Source: Minutocellus sp. GHC0000111 (lineage: Eukaryota). From it: 64,000 nt of DNA. Positions within the stretch are counted from its first letter, which is position 1; each line of letters opens with the position of its first letter. The position numbers and the translations under genes are program-made. The stretch is from positions 434,001-498,000 of the forward strand of contig OZ361257.1 in the NCBI GenBank assembly GCA_977018835.1. The letters run 5' to 3'. Of this stretch, positions 35,285 to 48,239 are shown one piece after another. The notes under the pieces are model-generated. The model had not been told where the DNA came from and made no database searches. It was given only the letters and a program-made list of their open reading frames with translations.

Positions 35285-37466
35285 ATGCAGCGGAAGAAGC
35301 AGAACGAAATGCCTCGCAAGCACAACAGCCGTCACCATCGAGTAGTCCCGGCCATCATGCTGATACGCCAACCTTCCCTTATTGGCCTCGTCCTCTTCGG
35401 CCTCCTCGCATATGCAGTAGCCCAACAGGAATGCCCTTCGCATCAAACCGAGGCACTGATATCCATCACCTTTGACGATTTTCCTGCGGAGATATCGTGG
35501 GAAATTGCTGATACTTTGAGCGGGTCGGTGGTATGCTCCCGAGACTTTGCCAACGAGGGATTCAGCGGTGGTCAGACCGTGTTGGACAGATGCTGCCTCA
35601 ACCATCGATATTGGGAGGAGGCTCCTACTGGTAAAGAGGATGAACGCGATAGTAAAAGTATGGACGATCGAAAGCTCCAACCTGCCGGCAGAGAATATAC
35701 CTTCACCATCTCGGATTCTTTTGGGGATGGCATGTGCTGCTCCCACGGCCGAGGACGGTTTGCAGTCAGTATCCGTGACAAAGTCGTGGTGGATGGTAGA
35801 TCAAACGAGGCAGCTGCCTTTGGATCGTTGACTTTTAATTCATTTGTTGTCGGCAGTGGTAGCACACCAACGTCGACGCCGTCTCCAGCCCCGTGGTTGA
35901 CGCCATATCCAACGGCCCCAATGACTATCGATACATTCGAGCCGACCGATGAAGTGACTGGGTATCCAGCAGGCACGCCCGATTACTACTACGATTGCCC
36001 TCCAACATCCGCAATGGGAAGCAATGGCCTTCTCGTCAGAATTCAACGGATGCATCACACCATCGGGTTGTCGATTCCTGGCGACGCCTTACTGGGACAA
36101 CGGCTTGTTCGACGAGGAGGCTTGCTGGCATTGCTGTTCTTCAGCAGGTGATACTTGTGGCATCTGCTCGGGATGTGAGTGTGGATATAGTCCAAGCGCT
36201 ACTCCAGCTCCTAGCGCCATGCCCAGTATGGACGCTTCAACTTACACGCCGACGTATGGCTACCCTCCAATTGATGATAACCTCAGCCCGGACAAGGCTG
36301 CCCGTCTCATTTGGTCCGATGCTAGCCAAGGCACTTATCCCTGGAGTATCGAGCTGGAGTGTATTCCTCTTCCCGCTCTTCAATACGGTCACTTCGAGAA
36401 GCTGGTGCAGTCAATGATTCGAGCTCTTGGAGATATTCGGCTAAACTGGGAGATTGAGCCCGAGATTCGATTTGGAAACACTGAGTATTGGATGGACATG
36501 AGGTTTAATGATGATGAAGCGCCTGTATGTTGGACCTTGGTGAGCCTAGCCCAATTCATCGCGGAGACGAACGACGGATTCATTACTAGGCACTTTTCGG
36601 ACAAGCTGCGGTACAAACTTAGCAAGGCAACGGATGCATTTGTGGAGCGCGCCAACAAGATGGAAGATGGCAAAGATAGACCAGAACGGTTTGTTGTTCT
36701 TCTCGTTCTTGGCATTCTATTCTTCTGCGGCATTTCTCTTGGTATTATTTGCTGCCTCTGTTGCCGTCTTGCAAGAAAGAACAGTGAGGAGGATAGGGCA
36801 CTTGCTGGAAATGGTGGAAGCGGAGTGTCTGGCTCGGTTGCGGTAGCAGGCAGCCTTGTCGCCCCTGCTACCATTTTGCCGTCTATAGCCGAGATTCCAC
36901 CCATACCGGTAGCATCGGCCGTTCCAATATCCAGCTCTGGAGATGACGAGAACGTTCCAGTTTCACCGCTCGCCAAGATTGTCTGCGTGGAGAATACGTG
37001 TAAGAGTAATGCAGTGCCTCAACCCTCAGCTCCACCGGCACCTTCCTTGGTGCCAACTGTCGGAGAGGCTATTGATCCAGCTGCGGGAGAATTCTTAGCG
37101 GCATGTTTGTCGGAGGCAGGATCCGTTGGCCGAGCTGAGGCCATCTCTGAGTGGATGGGGGAGAATTCGTCGTTGGCCTCGACTTTCTCGCCGGAAGACA
37201 TGGCCCTGGCACTCTCGGCGGTATCCTTCTCGCTCGACCAGCCGCTTGCCGCAAAGGAAATTTCTGCAGGCGTTGCGAAGACTGGCGGAAAAATCACATG
37301 TGATCACGTCGTCGGGGCGCTGGGTGTATGTGATAGATCGGCGCGCTTGGAGGTGGCCAGGGGAATGGCACCGTTTGTGTCGGATCTCGAGAATGAGGAG
37401 ACTATTTTGAGCTTATTTGAGAGTTCGCATGAGAGGGCGCAGGTCGATCGGGCATTGATTCGATAA
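35285..37466 (+). CDS. Single-pass membrane protein with DSFGDGMCC-type ectodomain; apparent frameshift near 36010-36025
   Basis: SITFDDFPAEISWEI..YTFTISDSFGDGMCC..GRGRF, Pro/Thr linker, Cys cluster, TM, cytoplasmic PSIAEIPPIPVASAV and PSAPP shared with 32088-33161. Confidence 0.7.
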
Positions 37467-37612
37467 TGCTGGTGCATTGATTGAGGCAAGCAAATTTTAG
37501 TTTATAATTTATGAAGACAATAAGGCATCTTTTTGTGGGAGTTTCCTATATAGACGATTCGGGCAGCAAAGTAGTTTCGTGCAAACAAATCAAGCATTTC
37601 AGTTCTATGAAT

Positions 37613-38025
37613 TTACTGACATGCGAGATTCTCTTCGTTATCGCACAGACAAGGATCGCCATTCGTCTCACAAGGGCCGATGCTGTCATTGCTTGTGCAT
37701 GAACAAAACATGTGCTTCATATCTTCCCACTCGCAACTATTCACACATTTCGGTTTCTTGGGGTCATCATTTGCTGATCCACAGCAGATTTCTCCGGCTG
37801 GGCAGCACTTCTTTCCTTCTGGGCAACAGGGAGGAACTTCGTTCGCCTCACAGCAGATCAATGGATCATCGGAACAGCATTCATTAGTACTAGTAATTGT
37901 GCTGCAATTTTCGATCTTATTCGCGGTGCATTTATCTTCGGGTCCCTTCCCACCAAGCTGGCGGAGGTTGGTCGCCAAGGCTGGGGCGATCGTGGCAGGA
38001 CGGTGATGGCGATTAGAAGCTTCAT
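37613..38025 (-). CDS. Small secreted Cys-rich protein; apparent 1-nt frameshift in signal peptide (about 37996)
   Basis: MKLLIAITVL plus one G gives ATIAPALATNLRQL, then a CC-rich mature region. Confidence 0.7.
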
Positions 38026-38672
38026 TTTTCTGGCGTGTCGTCTGTGTGTGTTGTTGGTTTTGTGCTGAATGAACGAGGAAGATGGGATTGTGGTATGTGA
38101 GAATAATGAGTTCTTACGATTGATTGATTCTTCACTATCCCATTCGGCGACATCAATTCACAAGACGCATTGCTGTCCTGACTGCAACTGCGTGTCGACC
38201 GATCGTCGACGACGACGATGCGACGGTACGAACTCACCTTTGGGTTTGTCGATTCGATTGCTTTTGGTTGGTGTTGCTATGTTATGTGCACTATGTTGTT
38301 CGGTTTCGCTTTACCGAATTTTTATGGGTTCGTGTGGCAATCAGGATCTGGTGAGGGACGATCAGGCGTCCCCCATCACCAAATGCCTTCTCGTCCGTCA
38401 CCTTGCGCTGAATCAAACCCGCCCCCCGCTGAGTTTTATGTGCCGGTGCGAACCTTCTGAGCTGAGCGAACCCTCAATTTTGCCTGCACACCTCCTCCAA
38501 ACGGGTCGCAATACTCACGAGCCGGCCGGCATCGCTTCGCGCACCCGCCGAACTCGAAAATGATGTGAGGAGAGGTCGTATCAAATTGCCTTGCTTCCGC
38601 CACTTTGAACCTCTGCTCCTCCTCTTGCTTTCCAAGAGTACGTGCGTGTTCGTCAAACCTTTGGACCCAACT

Positions 38673-41036
38673 ATGAAGCTCTCCGTTGCCGCCCTCGTAC
38701 TGTCGCTCGCGGCACCAGCCGCGGCCTTTGCCAACGGCGCCACCTCGTGTGCCGCCGGCCCCACCGGCACCACCCAGGGATCGCTGGCCGCCGGCGGCAT
38801 GGCGGTGTACTTTGGCAATCTCAACCTCGAGACAGATGTGGGGATGGAAACGCCGCCCGGTGGACAGGACTACACTCCCGTCGGCCTCTGTACCGGCAGT
38901 TTGAATCTGGCCACTGGATTTAACTTGTGCGAGAGATGCCAGGGTGAGTTAGTTTACTTTCGAGATACGGCAAAAATGAATTTGAATTTAATTATGGGCC
39001 AGCCAAGCAATGAGTACGCAGGATACTGTTTGGACAATGTTGAACAAAAGTATTCGATGATGGCAAAGATAACAGAACCTTTCCCACTACAAGAGGCCCC
39101 ATGCATGGCGGCAGTATCTTTGGAAGAAAAGATGGCACAGCATGTGCTGTTTTTTCTCCATTTCATTTCAAATACGACGAAGAATCTCATTTCTTTCTTT
39201 CTTTGCCATATCAACGCTGAAATTGTTGCTCTACTCAATCCCAGGTGACTGTGACGATGATACCGGTGAGTTCTCTTTCAATTGCTGTGTGTCTTTCCAT
39301 AGTTTGGCAGTACCCTTGCGTTTTATCTTTCTCTTCGGCATCTGTTTTCATGATCGGCATTTCTCATGCTCATTTTTCTATTTTACACTTCTCCTCCGAT
39401 GGTCAGAATGCGCCCCCGGCCTCGTTTGCTTCCAGCGTGCCACCGACGAAGCCGTGCCAGGATGCTATGGCCTTGCGGTGACCGATCGTGATTACTGCTA
39501 CGATCCCAACTACGTGTCCCAGAGCCCTGCCGTTCCTGCTCCTACCATGGGAGTCTTTGTTCCGCCGCCAGCTCCGGTTGCGGCTCCTGTCGCTGCGCCA
39601 GTGGCGGCTCCAGTTGCCCCTCCCGTTGCGGCGCCTACTTTCCCCGCGCCTACTCTCCCTGACATGGGTGATCTCGATGTTATTGGCGATTGCGATGGTG
39701 ACGATGATCAATTCTGTGGCCTCTGTGTTGGTGATTGCGACGACGACGGTGATGTAAGTAACGAATGATGTGATTGCAATTGCAACATGCACTCTGTTTA
39801 TGTGATTCATCAGCATGCTTATTTCTGACATGCAATCTTACAAATGATGCTAATGCGTGCCTATAATCGAAATCGTCTAGTGCGAAGATGGACTTTTCTG
39901 CTTCCAGCGTGACGATGATGAGGACGTACCGGGCTGCAACGGTGATTTCGGTGATGATCCTGGTGTCGATTACTGCGTTCCGGAGTTCTATCGCGATAAC
40001 CGTAAGCTCCGTGCCGCAAACAAGAAGAATCAGAAGCAGCAGAAACAGCCCGAGATTCGTAAGCTCCAGGGAGGAACTTTGGAGTTCCAGACGACTCGTA
40101 CCTACACCATTAGTCTCGATGGGCAGGGCCAGACCTTCCAGGGCTTCCTCTTCCGCGCAAGTGGTGCTCAGGGACAGGACTTGACCGATGTTCTCGAAAC
40201 AGAGTTTGTCGATACTCAGATCTTGCCCTCGGATGGTGAACGGGACGCTATCCCTGGCGTTGCAACCGCATCTTGCGCCGTCGGTGTGTCCGGTGCGACC
40301 CACGTCAATACCCTGGGCAAGCAGAGTGCGCAGGTATTGATTACCATCCCCAGTTCTGCCGCTGGAATGATTGATTTGGAAGTTACGGCCATGATCAACG
40401 AGAATCTTTCGTATCTGACTGAGTACACTCTCATTGCCAAGGATGCTGCCGACATGACGATTCCTCCTCAGGTACCCGTCCTTCCTCCCCTCATGCCCGT
40501 CGCTGCTCCCACCGCCGAGGCTCCTGTAGCCGCTCCGGTGGCTGCTCCTTCTGCTGCTGAGGCCGCCACTGACTCTCCCACCGCTGCTGATTCGGAGGAA
40601 CTCCCAGAAGGTGCTGAGAGATTCCCTGCAATGGGCGTCGATGGAGAGGTGGAATTCGGTGAAGTTGGACAGTGCACCGGTCCCGGGGGCGTCTGCGAGC
40701 AATGCCAGGGCGATTGCGACAACGATGCCGGTGAGTTATTGCTTTGGTTTATGTTTGATGATTGGAAAATGTTCGGCTTTCATTTGCGAATAATCTTATC
40801 ATTTGTATATTGTCAATTTATCCGATAATGCAGAATGCGGAGAGGGCCTGGTTTGCTATCAAAGACGCGCCAACGAGGAGGTACCCTTCTGCTACGGCGT
40901 TGCCTTGGTCGATCGGGATTACTGCTCCCTCCCTGTCCAGGGCAATACCAGTCCTGCTGCTACCGTGACCGGCCGTGCTGGCATCATGGCCGCCACCACC
41001 GCCGTTGCCGTTGGAATTGCCGTCATGTTTGCTTAA
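38673..41036 (+). CDS. Frustulin-like cell-wall protein with 3 acidic Cys-rich (ACR) repeats and a Reeler-like domain (exons 38673-38943, 39245-39265, 39407-39753, 39881-40730, 40834-41036)
   Basis: Three C..C.GDCD.D..C..GL.C[FY]QR....VP.C.G....DYC repeats after splicing; Pro/Ala linkers; FQGFLFR..SC..GATH; signal peptide and hydrophobic C-terminus. Confidence 0.88.
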
Positions 41037-41605
41037 ATGCATGGTGGTTGAGAAAAGTTTTGTTTGAGAGACAAGATCTAGGAAGAAAGAAGAGAAAATC
41101 GAAAGCTTTTGATCATTCGACCTGGCGCCGATGCAACCTTGACATGGATTGGCAGACAGCGGATCAAATAGACACGGTACATGTGCGTACATATGCGTTT
41201 TTTGTTATAGAGAATTAAATGGTGGAATCGAGGCGAGATAACTTGTCCTTCGTAGATAGATCGGTACCATCGCTGCACTGGCAATTTTGATCATTTTGAG
41301 GGGAACTCCCTGTTTAACTAAACCCCGAAATTTCGCTGGCTGAACCAGGTGATGGCTGAACGCCGCACAAGAACGTGTGAGCAAGATACGGGCATCAACG
41401 CCTGGCTGATTTTACGCAACAGCTACCGCTGCATTCCAACCACTCCATCACTTTGAATGCGCATATACTTGTTGAGATCATAGTTATGCGGTTGTTGGTG
41501 CAGTATCTTTCCAAATAACACATCTTGTGCCGGTTTTTCCGAGCGGCCGGGCGTTTAAAAAACGAAACCCGCAAAGAGCACAAGCACACAAGAAATAAAT
41601 AGGCC

Positions 41606-44600
41606 ATGCCCCTCCAGCCGCCTCTCCTGGTCCCATCGGGCGATGCCGAGAATGGTGAGCGTATCATCGAGGCGATATCGGATCATTTGAAGCGCTGTGC
41701 TCGGCCGTCGGCGGCATTCTGCAGGGAAATTGCCGCCATCGGCGGCGGCGGCGCAGATGGCGGCGAGGCAGGAGCGGCGGGGGCCGACGGGACGGCGACC
41801 GATCTGATTCGGAATTTGAGTCATGGGACGCACAATTCCTATCAAAGTCGGAACAGCCACGGAACTTATAATGGCAACAACAGCAGCAATGGCTCGGCCA
41901 AACCACTTCCGACTCCGAACTGCTGCATTATCCCCTGCATCGATGAGCTGATATTGGATTTGGAGCGGCTCGTCACGCTGCGAGATGAGATTGTTTACAG
42001 CTTCGAGACCGACGTTGACGGCGGTGGGGATGCCGAAAGTACACCTGACGTGGTGACGTTATTGAGAGAGTATTGTGCTCTCCTGGGTGCTCTGCTGACG
42101 GTACCTGGACTTGGGAGTTTGCCCAGCAGAGATGATGACAATGGCGACGATGAAGGAGGAGGAACTGGAAACAATTATCATCATAGCACAATGGACGTGC
42201 ACGTCGGAGGCTTGTTTCTTACGTGGCACAAGCTCGACGAGGACGAAACCGATGGCACATCCGCCATGGACATTGATGCCGACAACTCCAAAATCGAGGT
42301 GGAGTCGCATTGCTCCGTGTCGTCGCTGTACGCAGAACGGCAATTGTCAACATATTTATTGGCCGTGCTGGAATATATATCTGCTGCGGCCAACCTCAAC
42401 GTTTCGTCGAATCCGGCCAATGCCGCTCAAGTTTTATCCGACATGGCCGGGGCGCGCGCTGCTCTCAGGGCGGCACAGCTTGGATTTGGACGAGCGGCGG
42501 CCCTGTTCGATCATCTTCGGACGGTGATTGAAAATGATCTGCATGAGGACGGCGCCATCGGAACCTGTGCCGGAACCGGAACTGGGAGCAGCCCTCACGT
42601 GGTGGGATCGGACACCACCACAAGACACAGCAGCGGCAGCGAAGTTGGTGAATCGTCGATACCCATGATCCCCATCTCGCCGTGCCAGCTTCTGGATCCG
42701 TCGGCCTTGCATTCGTTTCATCTGTCCTCCATGGCTTTGGGCCAGAGCTGCTTTTATTATACGGCTTTGATGCAACGGAAACAGATGCACTCCGTTCTGG
42801 CCAAATTGGCGGCGGGATGTGCCGAAAAGTACGAGACCGCTGCGACGTTTGCCCGTCAGATGTCCGAAGACGACGATGGGGGTGGTGGCGGTGGAAATCC
42901 ACATGGCAATCATGCAGGTAACATACGATCCTACATGCCCAGCAAGGCTTTGATCAGGTCCACATTCGCTGCCGGAGAGTATTATTATTTTGCATTAGCT
43001 GAGTACAGCGAAGCATGTGTGGCTAATTCCAAAAATCTGTTCGGTGTTGAAGTGGCAAGATTCAGCAGCGCCATTCATGTCATTGGCAAGGCCGAGACCG
43101 AGCTGTTGGGAAGTTATCAGAACGAGCTGTTAAATAATTCAGGCAGCAACAACGGTGGTCTGTCGTCGGAGTCGGAGGAAAGGGTTGCCGCACTGCTGAT
43201 CGCAACTGCCACTACGAGCGCGGATGCCAGATTTGTAGTTGGTCTCAAGTCTGTCTTGTGTGCAAAGGTGATAAATCTGCACACCGAAATATCTCGGTTG
43301 ATGGCAAAAGCAGAGGAAGCGTGGGCGGATGATGTGCCGACGGACATCCCACCGACACGATCGCAAACCATGATGAAGATGGAAGCCACACCCACGGAAG
43401 CAAATTTTCTTGACCCTACACTTGGCATGTCATATCTTGCGGCGAGTCCACCTTTGCAGCAGCTCCTAGACAGGACTGGCGTTGACGTTTGCACTGATTT
43501 TCATCGAAAGCTATTGGAGATGTTCACTTCGGCCAAGATATCAGCGAGGAATGCCACCAATACTGCCAAGGAGGAGCTCGCCAAGATGGGTTTGCCAGAT
43601 AGCATTTCGACGTTCAAGGCAACTGTTGAGGCTGCCAAGAGTGGAAGGAGCAATAAGGTCCGCGGCATCCCATCGGCCATGGCAGAACAGATTGAGTCGT
43701 TGCATGCTTCGCAGGGCGTATTGCTCTTGAAACAAAATCTCTACATCTTGGAGGAGGTCGCCGCCTTGGCTCGGAAGACGCTGGACGAAACCGAAGAGAT
43801 GCTGAATGAAACGGTCCGGGCAGATGATCAATTTCGTCGCCAGCACCCTACTTTTGGTGGACGGGACGTTGCAACGGAACACGAACAGATTGCTGTTTCT
43901 TCCTTGGATGATAACGGTGCCGTGGAGACGAATGCTCGTCAGATCTGTTCCAAGATACGAACTTGGTTGGACCAGGCCAACGAAGGCGATCAGAAATTAT
44001 GCCAAGTCCTAGAGGAAATAGAGACTGATCCGAAATACCGTTTGGTGATGCTACAGCTTGATCAGTTGGAGAAATTGGTGAGAGGGGGCAGTGGTCGCAT
44101 GAACGAAGATGAAATGGACGGAGAGGAACGAACAAGTTCGTCTTCTTCTGCTGCGGGAACTAGTTCTGTGGAAACACTGGCGTTGGAGAAGCAGCTGGAA
44201 CATTTAGGGACACTGATTGCTTCTCGAGGTCGGATTTTAGACGCGATGGAGAAGGATGTCTTGGCATTTAATCAGAGAGAGCGCGCTATACAGGCGATAT
44301 CAAATCGGGGCAACCTGGCAGTTGCTGATTCTCAGTTTTACGACGCTCTTACGGATTTGTCTCTCCCTCTGTTTGATCATCACATTGAGAAGGTCAACAA
44401 TTCTATCCAAAATCAACAGAAGGTATTCCGACTGCTTTTACAGCTATACTCCAAGTTCCAGTTGGACAGATCGGCATACGAGCAAGAGAAGGAGGCCACC
44501 GAAGAAGACTGGATGGCGGACACTGCAAGCTCTCCTGCAAAAGCATACCTCCAGAAGATCGCCTCTGCTCTCAAGACCGTGGAGTGGTGCAGACCACAGT

Positions 44601-45846
44601 TGGTGCAGGGGCGCAACTTTTATCAGACAGTCCTTACGAACATCGAAGAGCTTAAGAAAAAAGTCGAGGATGGTGAGCGTTGAGACTGCGTGTATTCCTA
44701 TCATATCATTCACTTCTTTTATGTGAACTCTTTCCGTATTCCCCCACTCATTACCGCTGTACTCTTCCACTTCTACGAACAATCAGTAAACGCCGTCCTT
44801 GCAAGCGAACGAATTTTTTCGAGGATTCCCATAATTCACAGCGTGATCAAGAGCAACGGAGGCGTCAGGAGGAAGAAGACGAGCGCCTTGCCCGTGAGCT
44901 CATGCGAGAAGCCGAGGAGGCGGCGGCTCATAATGCTCCTCAAGCGCAAGTGGATCCTCGTCAGCAGGAAGAGGATGAACGCCTTGCGAGAGAATTAGCG
45001 CAGCAATTTCAAGAGGAGGCAAACATTTCGTCTCGTAATCCTACCGACCTCGTGGACAATCGTGACGTGACCATGGGCGATGCCAATGCTCGTCCAACCG
45101 TTGAACTAACCAACGTTGTAAATGCGTTGGGCCTTGCTGACGGCGATAATAGACGAACTGGCAGAAGAAATCCTATTTGCCGACAGCGAAGTTCTAGCCT
45201 TGATCGATTGAACGAGAATGCACGTCATGAGCCTCCGCCGATTGAGCCTCGAAGAAGCAACTCATTTGCCGACCTTGGGGACATACCAGCGGAAATATTT
45301 GCTCCGAGAGGTCGGAGCAGTGGCAGTGAAAGATTTTCGATGGTCTCACTTGGCGGAGTATCGAGCATTGGTTCGGAAAGTATCGTGAGGAATTTTCATC
45401 GGCAACAACAATTGCAGCTGCAACAACAGCAACAGGTAGGCAATGCAGGGGTAGGGCAAACCGCAGGTGGCGGCGGCGGTGATGATGACGAGAACATGGA
45501 TGAAGACATGGAAGAAAATTTGGCTGGGATCCCTGTGCCTAGAGCTAGTAGAAATCAGAACGAGGCAGACGAAGAGATGGTGGCCCCGGCACCTCCAAGC
45601 CCTCTTGGGGCTGCTCGAGCACAGAGTACTCTCTCGAGTGGAGGCATATCTCGTTCGGGCTTACCTGGGCGAAGTTCTCGTCCCGGGGTTGTGCCTGTTC
45701 GAAACGAGCTGCCCGAGTTGGATGTGAATGATGAGGCCTTTGCTCAGCTTGTGGCAATGGATTTTCCGCCTGAATTGGTCCGTGACGCTTTGTCGAGATA
45801 CGATAGTATCGAACGAGCTACCGAATGGATCCTTCAGAACTTATAA
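41606..45846 (+). CDS. BRO1/ALIX-like ESCRT-associated protein with V domain, UIM-like repeats and C-terminal UBA (intron about 44673-44786; apparent frameshift about 44813-44819)
   Basis: MALGQSCFY, LAKLAAGCAEKY, FGVEVARF (BRO1); QGRNFYQTV (V domain end); two EEDERLARE motifs; QLVAMDFPPELVRDALSRYDSIERATEWIL (UBA). Confidence 0.85.
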
Positions 45847-45896
45847 TTTATACAGAAAAGTTTTTATTGATATTCTTTCAACCGTTACGGATTGTG

Positions 45897-47841
45897 TTAG
45901 GAACTACTAGCAGCGTACTTTTTCGCCAAATTGCTCAGACTTTCCCGGTACGCTACGGTCATATGATCATCTATGAGTCGACCATCCCACTCGATCGTTC
46001 TTAGAGGGGTCGCAGTTCCAATGGTCACCACCGCATTATCAGCAGCATACTGATAATCGTCAGCTTCATCGGGTTTGGTTGTATTTCCAACGGACGCCTC
46101 ATGCTTGACCTCCTCCTGCCAGTCATCATACAAGAGATATACCTGGCCTGGACAATAAAGATGATCAGGATCATCAAGACCTACAGCAATCATTGAAGCA
46201 TCTACCGCTTCGGCTAGTTCATCAGCAGTCATAATGAGTTCCCCATCATTTCCTTCGCCCAGTTTCTTCACCAGGGCAGCTGTACTCTTGATGTCGGTCG
46301 CACTCAGCCCCTCTGCCTCAAGTCGTCGATTGATATCTTTCATGACCTCGATGGAAGCAAGCAACGGGGCAATGTTCGATCGGGGGATGATATCTACATT
46401 ATTGACGATAGTCGTGCAAAATGACTTGCATGCAAGAGCATTCGCAAGGTCAAGATTTGGTGGAGAAGCAAATGCCAGCACAGAAAGGAGCTTGCCATCC
46501 ATGTCATTGCGCAACTTATCGATCCGAGATCTCAAAAAAACGCCGACCATCGCCGCTGCGGCTGCTCCCAGTGAATGTCCAACGATCTGTATCTTGTAGC
46601 CTTGCGGCAAAAGTAAATTCTCAATGAGCGGCTGAAGATCTTCGGTAAGTTTCTTGGAACTCAAAAGGATACCATCGTGAGCGCGAATGGACGTCGGACC
46701 GTCCTTGACAAAGGGCGCATCCAGCTCATACGGTACGGCGGCGCCACACATGTCCACCAGCAAATCCTCGAAATTGGAAGTTCCCTTGACCCCGATCAAT
46801 GCCGTCTTGTTTTTCGGATCCTTTGATATGGCGACGTAATGGCCCAGCGCTCCCGGAACGGCAGTTTTGTCGTGCTTCAACAGTGCATATCCTTGCTCAT
46901 CCAATAATTCCTTTAGCGGTTTGCCCGATGGGTCTTCGTCGTAGGCCCAATCTGCATACTCTAATCCCATTGTTAGTGGTTCCAATTGCTCAGCCGTCAG
47001 TTCTGGTCCACACGCAGCATACAAATCATCTCTTGCCTTGGCTCGACGTGACTTGAGCTGACGCACGAGTTGAAGCAACGCCAGAAACGAGAACTGCAAG
47101 TTCAGACCTGACAATCCACCGTCGTCCTTTTTGGGCATCTTGTCTTTGATGACGGTCAGGACGGCCGATAGCTTGCCACCGAGATTGCCAAAGTCGGATA
47201 TATCATCGGCATCGATCGATTTATCCGAAATTTCTTCCGCGGCTGCAGGTGATCTACCAAACAATATGCCAATATCTTGCACAGCTCGTTTCAACAAGCG
47301 AGGTTTGGCCCACCCAGGTGTCGACCTCCACAAATCACGAAGAATGAAGAATATAAGTGCCGACGAAAGTAGCGGAAATCGTCGAGTTGATCGTCGCACT
47401 GTGGCCGTGGTGGAATCAATTATTGCAGATCCACCAGTGTTGACACCGAGGCGATACCCACTCAAAAACAGGGCAGTGAAGAAGAGTAGGCGGGGCAGCA
47501 CATTCTGACGGAAGAATTGTAGCCGGCCTGATTTCGGTGCTGCTGGTTGTTCTTGATCTGAGGTCTCATCGTTCGTTGGACTACTGATAGTCGAGATGGG
47601 AACAGAAGAACTGAATAGAGGCGAAGTAGAAGCAAGGCAGCTATCTTTGGCATTGAAATTGCGATTGCATAGAATTCTTCTGTTGCCGTTGCCAAAAATT
47701 GTTATTTCCGATCGGCAAAGAGCAGGACCGCATGATGGTGAAGGATGAGGCGGGATAGAAAAGCCCCGCGGCAAATCCAACAATCGCATAAGATACGATA
47801 GGGAGTAGAAGCACCCAGAAAGGAAGATAATACGCCCGCAT
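45897..47841 (-). CDS. Class 3 (DAG-lipase-like) lipase; probable 1-nt frameshift near 47765 in the presequence
   Basis: IGVKGT..EDLLVD, AHDGIL, IVGHSLGAAAA, AFASPP, IVNNVDIIPR, DHMTVAY. Confidence 0.88.
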
Positions 47842-48239
47842 TATGTGTGCGCTAGCTATCGTTGTGATTGGAAAATGAAGAGACTCTGTTTGCACGTGGC
47901 TTGCGTTCAGCAGAATCAGCAGAAGTGCCAGCGACAAGGGAGGCCGTCCCTTGCCAGCGAAAGATCAAAGCAGCAAGCAAAACCTTTCGGCGCAAAAGGA
48001 GTGTTTTAGGCTGTGCGCTTTCTGTGCTCATGATGTGACATCAAAACGAAATTTAAAAAGGCCTTAGATTCCAATCAATTTCTATTTTGCTTTTGGGGTT
48101 TTCTCCAAAATAATTCAAAATGGCCGTTTGGCTGACTGCCCATTTCGGCAGCCTCTTCTCCTGTACATGTAGAACTCGTGTGTGACCACCCAAAGCAATT
48201 GGCCCCACAAAGACCAACTGAATTCCACAATAAGGAAAA

